This document shows positions 56,925-64,000 of a stretch of 64,000 bases of DNA, in pieces (position 1 is the stretch's first letter; every line of letters starts with the position of its first letter). The position numbers and the translations under genes were made by a program. This stretch comes from Nitrospirota bacterium (GTDB taxonomy: Bacteria > Nitrospirota > Thermodesulfovibrionia > Thermodesulfovibrionales > JdFR-88). The notes under the pieces are model-generated. The model worked only from the letters and a program-made list of their open reading frames with translations, was not told the origin of the DNA and searched no databases. The stretch is taken from positions 22,150-86,149 of the forward strand of contig JAKAHV010000003.1 of NCBI GenBank assembly GCA_021825295.1, given 5' to 3'.

Positions 56925-58972
56925 AAAAAAGGCTTGTATATTCGCTGTTCCTGCTCTTTACGCTGTTCACGCTCGGCGCAACGCTCACCATCCTCTATAT
57001 ATACCGGACCACGTCCAACCTGCGCACGATCATAGCCCTGCACCGCGTGGAGATAATCAGGCAGAACCTGGTCATCAACGCGCAGACCGTCCAGAGCCAC
57101 CTCTACACGATAGGGACGGTCTTCGGCCCGGACGTGGACCAGATAGTAAAGAGCGTCCTCAATCTGGACAACTCCGTCCACTCCTGCCTCGGCTGCCACC
57201 ATACCCCGCAGATGACGGCCCGCCTGCAGGAGATGAACAGGCTGGTGGAGGACTACAAGGAGGCCCTGAGCTATCTCATAACCACGTCGGCGAACCAGGA
57301 GCGCGTGGAAAGGCTGAGGACCGCTGCCATCGGGATAGGCAACGTCTTTCTGAACAAGTCCCAGGAGATGGCGCTCATCGCAAACGAGAGGCTCAACGAG
57401 CAGACCGTGAAGGCCATGCAGCAGATAAACAACTCGCGCTCCATCCTCCTTGTGACGCTCATGCTCTCTTTCTTCATCGCGCTGGTCATAGCCGTCACGA
57501 TGACCAGGCAGATAACCGTGCCGATAAACGAGCTTGTGGACGCGACAAGGCGCATAAAGGCGGGCAATCTGGGCTACATCACGCCTTACAAAAGCAGGGG
57601 CGAGTTCGGAGAACTGATAAACTCCTTCAATGACATGAGCCTTACGCTCAAGGAATCGAACGAAAAAGTACTGCGCTACCTCCACAACCTCTCCGACCTC
57701 TACAGTATTACCATAACGTTCCACAGCGTCACTTCCATGCCCGACATATTCAAGGAGCTTTCGGCCGGCATCGAGGAGCTTACGGGGGCCAGCCAGAGCG
57801 GCATATTGCTAAGAGACGAGAAAGGGGAGTTCTTCAGGCACATGTACCCGGCCTCCGGCATCTCCAGGGAACAGGCGGATTCGATAAGGATAGTATCGTC
57901 CGTCATGGACGGCCTTTACCACTCGTCCATGAGAAGGGCCCTCATGCTGAATACGGACATCCGGCGGTCTCCAACCGCGCAGGCGGACGGGCAGCTCGGG
58001 GTGAAAAACATCCTGTTCGTATGGGTCAGGAACAAGGGCGAGCTTATCGGGGCCATCAGGGCGGCCAATAAAAAGACTGGGGATTTCACGGAGGAAGACG
58101 CGAGCCTGCTGGCCATCCTGGGCAACAACTTCAGCGTCGCCCTGGAAAACGCGAGGCTCTGGGAAAGCCTGAAACTCCAGATGAAGGAGCTCAAGGACAC
58201 GCAGGAGCAGCTCGTCCAGGCCGCCAAGTTCGCCGCCATCGGCGAGCTCGCCTCAAACGTGGCCCACGAGATAAACAACCCCCTTACGAGCATTCTGGGC
58301 TTCACGGAACTCATGAGGGAAGAGGCGGACATGGGCATCATCCAGCGGGACCTGGATATCATAGAGAAGGAATCCCTGAGGGCAAGGGACATAGTGAACC
58401 ACCTTCTCGAGTTCTCCAGGAAGAGGCCCCTCAAGATAGGGCCGGTTGACATGAACGCGCTGCTGAAGAACGTCATGGAGCTTGTCAGCTTCCAGCTGAA
58501 GGACACCCTCATAAAGCTTGTCGCCGACTTCGGCGAGATCCCGCCCATAGAGGGCGACCCCGACCAGTTGAAACAGGTCTTTTTGAACCTGGTCAACAAT
58601 GCCGTCTTCGCGATGGAGAAATCCGGCACCCTCGGCATCAAGACTTATGTGAAAGGCAATTTCGCATGCGTGCAGATAACGGACACCGGCAAGGGCATCC
58701 CCCCGGAGGTTATGGGACGCATTTTCGAACCCTTCTTCACGACAAAAAGCGAAAAGGGCACCGGACTGGGCCTTTCGATAAGCTACAAGATAGTGCAGAG
58801 CCACAAGGGGCTCTTCGAGGTGGAAAGCGCGCCAGGCAAAGGCAGTTTATTTACAGTGAAGCTGCCCCTCAGAGACAAACCCCCGGGGCAGAAAAATCCG
58901 GGGGAAGACAGGTCCGTCACGGCAAAGACCATGGCAGACCCTCCCGCCAAAACACCCGCCTGCGAAAACTAA
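56921..58972 (+). CDS. Sensor histidine kinase (periplasmic CxxCH, HAMP, GAF, HisKA, HATPase)
   Basis: Two TM segments flanking SCLGCHH; HAMP; GAF (FTEEDASLL..LENARL); VAHEINNPL, QVFLNLVNNA, DTGKGI, FFTTK, GTGLGL. Confidence 0.93.
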   Translation: MKKRLVYSLFLLFTLFTLGATLTILYIYRTTSNLRTIIALHRVEIIRQNLVINAQTVQSHLYTIGTVFGPDVDQIVKSVLNLDNSVHSCLGCHHTPQMTARLQEMNRLVEDYKEALSYLITTSANQERVERLRTAAIGIGNVFLNKSQEMALIANERLNEQTVKAMQQINNSRSILLVTLMLSFFIALVIAVTMTRQITVPINELVDATRRIKAGNLGYITPYKSRGEFGELINSFNDMSLTLKESNEKVLRYLHNLSDLYSITITFHSVTSMPDIFKELSAGIEELTGASQSGILLRDEKGEFFRHMYPASGISREQADSIRIVSSVMDGLYHSSMRRALMLNTDIRRSPTAQADGQLGVKNILFVWVRNKGELIGAIRAANKKTGDFTEEDASLLAILGNNFSVALENARLWESLKLQMKELKDTQEQLVQAAKFAAIGELASNVAHEINNPLTSILGFTELMREEADMGIIQRDLDIIEKESLRARDIVNHLLEFSRKRPLKIGPVDMNALLKNVMELVSFQLKDTLIKLVADFGEIPPIEGDPDQLKQVFLNLVNNAVFAMEKSGTLGIKTYVKGNFACVQITDTGKGIPPEVMGRIFEPFFTTKSEKGTGLGLSISYKIVQSHKGLFEVESAPGKGSLFTVKLPLRDKPPGQKNPGEDRSVTAKTMADPPAKTPACEN

Positions 58973-59025
58973 ACCCGGAATTGGATTGCCACCCGCCGGG
59001 CGATGACTGAAAAAAGGGCTCTTCA

Positions 59026-59270
59026 GGAATGCCTGTGGGTAGATCGCTGAGATTTCCGGGAGTATAAGGCTGATACCTGCCTGGTCCTTGAGAGAGATAG
59101 CAGGCGGACGGATCACGACGCGCCGCATCCTGCCAATCTTTCGCCATTCGCCCTCGAAGACGATCTAAATCCCGCCGTCTGGATACGTCCGGAACCGCGC
59201 GACCGGACGAAAGGGCCTGGCAGGTATCGGCAAGCGCGAAATATGCAAATTATTTTTGAGACTGCTGATA
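59026..59270. repeat. Structured intergenic repeat family, copy 3 (opposite orientation to copies 1 and 2)
   Basis: Arms at 59069-59089 and 59211-59231. Reverse complement contains GTCGCGCGGTTCCGGACGT...AGGGCGAATGGCGAAAG...GTGATCCGTCCGC; outer end CAGTCTCA.AATAATTTG matches copy 2. Confidence 0.82.
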
Positions 59271-59294
59271 ACCCACACAAAAGCCAGAAGAGCC

Positions 59295-59331
59295 AAAAAA
59301 AGACGCCATGCCAGGGCATCAGCCGGCGTCT
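59295..59331 (-). terminator. Probable asd terminator
   Basis: AGACGCC...GGCGTCT hairpin followed by a T tract on the minus strand. Confidence 0.55.
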
Positions 59332-59365
59332 GTTCTTATCTGAAGCGAATCCCTGCGGTCCGGGG

Positions 59366-60394
59366 CTATGCCATCCCGATGAGTTTTTCGGCTATCTGGA
59401 CGGCGTTCAGGGCCGCGCCTTTCCTCAAATTGTCCGAGACGAGCCACAGGTTGAGGCCGTTTTCAATCGATTCGTCTTCCCTGATCCTGCCCACGAAAGT
59501 CTCATCCTTTCCGGCCGCGTATATGGGCAGCGGATAGATGTTTTTCTCCGGCGCGTCATAGACGATGACGCCGGGCGCAACCGAAAGCACAGCCCTGGCC
59601 TCGCTGGCGGACAATTTCTTTTCCGTCTCGATGTTCACGCTCTCGGAATGGCCCCTGAAGACCGGCACCCGCACGGTGGTCGCCGTCAGCCTGATGCTCG
59701 AGTCCCCCATGATCTTCTTCGTCTCGTTGACCATCTTCATCTCTTCCTTGGTGTAGCCGTTTTCAAGGAACTTGTCTATGTGGGGCAGCACGTTGAAGGC
59801 TATCTGGTGCGGGTAGACCTTGCAGGAGACGTCCTGGAAACTCAAAAGGGCCCTCGTCTGCTCAAGCAGCTCATCCATGGCCTTCCTGCCAGTGCCGGAA
59901 ACCGCCTGGTAGGTGCTGACGACCACCCTTTTTATCCTTGCCGCGTCATGGATGGGTTTCAGGACCACGACCATCTGGATGGTCGAGCAGTTGGGATTGG
60001 CTATTATCCCCTTGTGCCATTTAAGGTCGTGCGGGTTTACTTCCGGCACCACCAGGGGCACCTCCGGGTCCATGCGCCACTGGCTGGAGTTGTCCACGAC
60101 TACGCAGCCGCTTGCCGCGGCGACGGGCGCCCACTTCGCGGACCTCTCCGCTCCGGCTGAAAAAAGCGCTATGTCCAGGCCCTTGAAGGAGTCATCCTTG
60201 AGCGTCTCGACAACGACATCCCTCCCCATGAAAGGAAGCCTTTTCCCCTCAGAGCGCTCGGAGGCAAAAAGCCGGAGGCCCCGGACGGGAAATTTCCGTT
60301 GCTCCAGGACCTCTATCATCTCGTTTCCGACGGCGCCGGTCGCGCCGACCACCGCCACGTTGTATTTATCTTTCCTTTTAAGCATGCGCTTCAA
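59366..60394 (-). CDS. asd: Aspartate-semialdehyde dehydrogenase (start may be ATG 60385)
   Basis: VVGATGAVG, DNSSQWR, ANPNCSTIQ, YQAVSG, DNLRKGAA. Confidence 0.97.
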   Translation of the reverse strand: MKRMLKRKDKYNVAVVGATGAVGNEMIEVLEQRKFPVRGLRLFASERSEGKRLPFMGRDVVVETLKDDSFKGLDIALFSAGAERSAKWAPVAAASGCVVVDNSSQWRMDPEVPLVVPEVNPHDLKWHKGIIANPNCSTIQMVVVLKPIHDAARIKRVVVSTYQAVSGTGRKAMDELLEQTRALLSFQDVSCKVYPHQIAFNVLPHIDKFLENGYTKEEMKMVNETKKIMGDSSIRLTATTVRVPVFRGHSESVNIETEKKLSASEARAVLSVAPGVIVYDAPEKNIYPLPIYAAGKDETFVGRIREDESIENGLNLWLVSDNLRKGAALNAVQIAEKLIGMA

Positions 60395-60525
60395 ACGCTC
60401 CTTGAATATGTATTGAAAAACTTGAATTTTATATTAGCGCAATTTAAACCGTACAGGCAAGGAACTTTCTGGCGCGGGCCCCTTGACGCCATGCGGGACG
60501 CGGCATATTCGCAAATGGCGCCCCT

Positions 60526-60570
60526 AAAAAAAATACAGGGAGTCAGCCGATATCCAAGGCCGACCCCCTG
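60526..60570 (-). terminator. Terminator downstream of the sulfurtransferase operon
   Basis: Minus strand CAGGGGGTCGGCC...GGCTGACTCCCTG followed by TA and a T8 tract. Confidence 0.7.
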
Positions 60571-60585
60571 AAATGGAGGGAGTGC

Positions 60586-61536
60586 TTATTTCCCCTGGCC
60601 CTTGAGGGCCTTTATCTCGGCCTGCAGTTTTTTGATGCTCTTTAAAACGGAAACGAAATTGAAGTAGCTCACATCATCAGCCGGCAAGCTGGGATTGCTC
60701 CCCCACTGGATCCATGAGGCGTCATAGACCCGGACCCTCGGGAACCCCAATTCCCTCAGCACGAAATAGGTATTGGCCGCCCTGGTGCCGGTCTGGCAGT
60801 AGGTGACGATCTGCTGGCCCCTGTCCAGCTTCGCATATATTTTTTTCAGCTCACTAGCCGGCTTCAGCACCGTGGTATTTTTTTGGAAGTTCTCTGCGTA
60901 ATTGATATTTATCGCGCCGGGGATATGCCCGCCCCGCAGGGACCTCACATCGGTTCCCGCATATTCGCCCGGAGTGCGGACATCCAGCAGGATTATGCCC
61001 GGTTTTTTCAGGCGCCCCCGGACAAAGGCGGTGGTGGCATACCTTGCGGGGTCCGGCCTGGCTTTGAATACGGCGGGGGAGAGTTTCGTCTCACCGGTCG
61101 CAAGCTGCCCTCTCCATTGCTCTATGCCCCCGTTTAGCACATGAATCCTCCGCATCCCGAGATAATCGAGCATCCAGAATTCCAGATATGCCATTTCCCT
61201 TCCCGCGCCGTAAAGGACCACATCCCTGTTGATGTCGAGGCCATCCGCTCCGAGTATCTTCTCTTCCCTTGAGACCGGAAACATGATGGCGTCTGGGCTG
61301 GTCTGCAGGCTGTTTACGGGAATATTTATGGCGCCCGGGAGATGCCCCTTGGCATATTCACTGCTTTTCCTTACGTCCACCACGACCACCTTGCCGCCAT
61401 GCAGGCCGAGCCAATTCGCGTCCACAAGAAACTGCGGGCCGGCCACGGCCCCCGCACAAACCGGCAAAAACAATAAACTGGCGATTACAACGGCAGCCGG
61501 AACCAAAATCCTGAATGCGCCTCTCATATTTCCCAT
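60586..61536 (-). CDS. Exported tandem-domain rhodanese (sulfurtransferase)
   Basis: Signal peptide; GHLPGA and GHIPGA, LNGG, active-site loop YCQTGTR, YDASWIQW. Confidence 0.92.
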   Translation of the reverse strand: MGNMRGAFRILVPAAVVIASLLFLPVCAGAVAGPQFLVDANWLGLHGGKVVVVDVRKSSEYAKGHLPGAINIPVNSLQTSPDAIMFPVSREEKILGADGLDINRDVVLYGAGREMAYLEFWMLDYLGMRRIHVLNGGIEQWRGQLATGETKLSPAVFKARPDPARYATTAFVRGRLKKPGIILLDVRTPGEYAGTDVRSLRGGHIPGAININYAENFQKNTTVLKPASELKKIYAKLDRGQQIVTYCQTGTRAANTYFVLRELGFPRVRVYDASWIQWGSNPSLPADDVSYFNFVSVLKSIKKLQAEIKALKGQGK

Positions 61537-61580
61537 TTTCTCCTTTCACCCGATATGACTGTCTTTTTTCGTACTCCCCA

Positions 61581-61823
61581 TTACAATTCCTGCCCGGCAG
61601 CTCCTTTTTCAGGGAGCCGGCGCTCGAAGCAGCCGCACCGGACCCCACGGGGCGCAAGGAGGATATCGAACCGGCGGCAGATGCCGGCCTCGCCCCTGAC
61701 CGATCCGTACGCGGAACTGAGCGTGTTTAACCCCGGGATGGACATCTCTATCTGCCCGGGATTGTTGCTGAAATGCCTGCAGCCGAAACAGGTGACCGTC
61801 CGCTTGTCCTTTCCTCCTCTCAT
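61581..61823 (-). CDS. Small Cys-rich hypothetical protein (80 aa)
   Basis: ATG lies just after the YeiH stop; CFGCRHF...PGLNTLSSAYGSVR..GIC...CGCF. Confidence 0.7.
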   Translation of the reverse strand: MRGGKDKRTVTCFGCRHFSNNPGQIEMSIPGLNTLSSAYGSVRGEAGICRRFDILLAPRGVRCGCFERRLPEKGAAGQEL

Positions 61824-61824
61824 T

Positions 61825-63243
61825 TTATTTTCCGAGGGCCGACCAGTGCCCGCCGAACACATATACCGAAAGGACGAACCCCAGCACCACGTTTACGACC
61901 ACGCCCGTTGTGAAGGCCAGAAAGGGCTTCAGGCCGGCCGACTTAAGCTCCCTGAACCGGGTGGTAAGCCCTATGGAGAGGAAGCAGAATATGAAGGCCC
62001 ACGTGCGCAGGGAGACTATGGGCAGGATGAGTCCCGGCTTTACAACCTTACCGAAGTCGGCGCTCGCATAGCCGGCCGTGACAGCGGTCATGAAAAGAGA
62101 GGCGGCCAGGAAGCCTATCACGAACTTGGGGAACCTCCACCATATCTCCATGGCGTTGGGCGTTGTGCCGCACTCCTCCTTCTCCCATTTCAGGCATGCT
62201 ATCAGGGCGAATATGAAAGACCAGATGCCTATCCACATGTCCCTGCCGATGACCTTCATTAGGGTGAACCCCTGGATGGCGGCGTTCTCGTTTCCGGCCA
62301 TCTTGCCGTATGCCGTGGCGGCCGCGAAGCCCGCCGCATCGGCGAATTCGGAGGTGCCCACCCATGCGCCCGCTATGCCGGGGTGAAGCCCCAGGGCCTT
62401 CGACACGAAGGGGATAAAGAGTATCATTATCAGGGCGTAAACCACCACCAGTGTCACGGTCGTGTAGAGGTAGTCTTTTTTGGCGCCCACCGAACTGGCT
62501 ATCGCCATCGACGCCGACACCCCGCAGACGGCGCCTCCCACCCCCAGGACCGAACCGAACCTCTTGTCGAGGCCGAAGACCTTTGTGGCCATAAAGTAAA
62601 TCACGAGGCAGGTGGACACGGAGATGAGCGTTGCCTGGAAGAGGGCGACCGGTCCGGCCGAGACTATGAGGGTTATCGGGAAGGTCGCCCCGAGGAGCAC
62701 GATTCCTGTCTTGATGTAGTACTCGACCCTGAAGCCCGAATCCAGCCACTTGGGGAGGCGCACCACATTTGCAATGATCAGCCCCGCTATCAGGGCCACA
62801 AGCGGAGGCTCCAGGTTGTACTTCGACGCGTTTGCCCAGCCGCTTATGGAGAACATCGCCACCGACAGCACGTAGAGGATTATGAAGGAAGGAATGAATT
62901 CCCGGGTCTTTATCCCCATAATCCTGGTCGATACGCCGAATACCGCAAGCCAGCACATCATCTGGATGAAATAAAGCGGCAGGTTCCTGCTGAAATGGTC
63001 CGCCAGTTGCCCGAAGGTAGACCATTTCAGCCCGCCCGGGTTGATCGACAGCGCCTTTACAACGTTGCTGCCGCTAAGGAATGAAACCAGGGCAACTATC
63101 GTGATGCCAATGCCCAGGTAAATGGCCCACCAGTCCTCCTTGAGGTACAGCTCCCTCCATCCCATCGCCGGTTTCGGCGGCGCCTCAGCGCACGCCTTGG
63201 TTTCGCAGTAGTCCATTGACCCGCTTGCTTCTTTCTCCGACAT
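61825..63243 (-). CDS. YeiH/UPF0324 putative sulfur-oxyanion exporter
   Basis: EDWWA, EYYIKTGIVLLGA, VCGVSA, KVIGRD, RFPKFV; multi-TM; SD GGAGGG. Confidence 0.88.
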   Translation of the reverse strand: MSEKEASGSMDYCETKACAEAPPKPAMGWRELYLKEDWWAIYLGIGITIVALVSFLSGSNVVKALSINPGGLKWSTFGQLADHFSRNLPLYFIQMMCWLAVFGVSTRIMGIKTREFIPSFIILYVLSVAMFSISGWANASKYNLEPPLVALIAGLIIANVVRLPKWLDSGFRVEYYIKTGIVLLGATFPITLIVSAGPVALFQATLISVSTCLVIYFMATKVFGLDKRFGSVLGVGGAVCGVSASMAIASSVGAKKDYLYTTVTLVVVYALIMILFIPFVSKALGLHPGIAGAWVGTSEFADAAGFAAATAYGKMAGNENAAIQGFTLMKVIGRDMWIGIWSFIFALIACLKWEKEECGTTPNAMEIWWRFPKFVIGFLAASLFMTAVTAGYASADFGKVVKPGLILPIVSLRTWAFIFCFLSIGLTTRFRELKSAGLKPFLAFTTGVVVNVVLGFVLSVYVFGGHWSALGK

Positions 63244-63288
63244 GTTCCCTCCTTCTGAAAAAATTCGCTAAAGACTCAATTGCGGCAA

Positions 63289-63304
63289 TGCAATGAACAT
63301 GCCA
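63289..63304 (-). promoter_or_regulatory. sigma54 (-24/-12) promoter for the YeiH operon
   Basis: Minus strand TGGCAT-GTTCA-TTGCA fits the TGGCAC-N5-TTGCW consensus; a sigma54 activator gene lies immediately upstream. Confidence 0.8.
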
Positions 63305-63398
63305 TTGCAGATGGGATAAAAAATCATTAAAAATAGAAGGGTTTTAAAGAAGATAAACGCGTTTGGCGGGAGATCAGCGCAAAAATCCGGCGATGGTG

Positions 63399-64000
63399 CT
63401 ATATTTTTTTTGCATCCCGCCTGAATGCGGAAGGCTTTATACCGTACTTCCTTATCAGGTGCTGGAGGGATTGCCTTTCGAGCCCGGCTTTTTTTGAGGC
63501 GAGCGTGATATTGCCGCCCGTTTCATTCAGTATGCGGCCAATGTAATGCCGGTCGAACTGCTCCAGGACGCAGCGGCGCCCCTTCTTGTAATCCATCCCG
63601 GCGAAAACGCTCATATCGCTGTCCCCCGGACAAAGGCTGATGGTTTCGCAGCCGAAGTCGGCCGCGGTGATGGTGTCGCTTTTTGAGAAGATGACAGCCC
63701 TTTTCACCTCGTTCTGAAGCTGTCTTACATTGCCGCTCCATTTTCTGGAAGCCAGCATTCTCATGGCGTCCTCGGAAAACTTCTTTTGCGCCACGTCCAG
63801 CTCCCGGCAGAAGGAGGAAAGAAAGCTCGTTGCCATCAGCGGGATGTCCTCGGAAATTTCCCTCAGCGGGGGCGTATGCACGGAAACAACATTAAGCCGG
63901 TAATAAAGGTCTTCCCTGAACTGGCCGGAAGAGATTTTCGCCTTCAGGTCCTGATTGGTGGAAGCCAGTATCCGCACATCGACTCTGCAAGTGCTGTTGT
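63399..64000 (-). CDS. sigma54-dependent Fis-family transcriptional activator, C-terminal part (start outside window)
   Basis: RILASTNQDL, FREDLYYRLNV, PPLRE, WSGNVRQLQN, C-terminal HTH (GNITLASKKAGLERQSL). Confidence 0.93.
   Translation of the reverse strand, partial: NSTCRVDVRILASTNQDLKAKISSGQFREDLYYRLNVVSVHTPPLREISEDIPLMATSFLSSFCRELDVAQKKFSEDAMRMLASRKWSGNVRQLQNEVKRAVIFSKSDTITAADFGCETISLCPGDSDMSVFAGMDYKKGRRCVLEQFDRHYIGRILNETGGNITLASKKAGLERQSLQHLIRKYGIKPSAFRRDAKKI

Noticed and set aside
58917-59147. Small ORF MAKDWQDAARRDPSAC... inside repeat copy 3, with a counterpart MAKGRQVATRCDPSAC... in copy 2
   Set aside because: Differences between the copies are mostly non-synonymous and copy 1 lacks the ATG and frame, so conservation is at nucleotide or structure level.
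4776-59270. CRISPR array or integron attC interpretation of the dispersed repeats
   Set aside because: Copies are tens of kb apart with no repeat-spacer periodicity, there are no cas or intI genes, and no cassette-like arrangement.

Overview
Mostly housekeeping, GC-rich bacterial chromosome segment. Gene content and order suggest an anaerobic Nitrospirota/Thermodesulfovibrionia-like organism (inference only). The window opens with the 3' end of a tyrosine integrase abutting tRNA-Asp/tRNA-Val, which looks like the edge of an integrated element. It continues with cobO, a WbpB-WbpD fusion plus WbpE-like aminotransferase, tRNA-Arg and a 13-gene complex I operon (nuoA-M with an FDH-like NuoG, no nuoN, terminator after nuoM). 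Next come OmpA, TamAB, a lipid A cluster (gnnA/gnnB-like, lpxB, waaA, lpxK), nth, acpS/pdxJ, a short class II RNR, a WaaF-GmhB fusion, glnA, purM, surE/pcm, ymdB/rny/6S RNA, dcd and pabB/trpE. The last part holds a two-binding-protein plus CxxCH sensor kinase operon, asd, and a sigma54-controlled YeiH/Cys-rich protein/exported rhodanese sulfur module. The most striking unannotated signal is a family of ~220-260 bp intergenic elements (4776-4994, 39011-39257, 59026-59270, a variant at 18177-18425 and a fragment at 33005-33025). They share a conserved core enclosed by covarying inverted arms and are candidates for an undescribed structured RNA or non-autonomous mobile element. Many genes also look leaderless. 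All calls come from reading the sequence by eye; no database searches were run.
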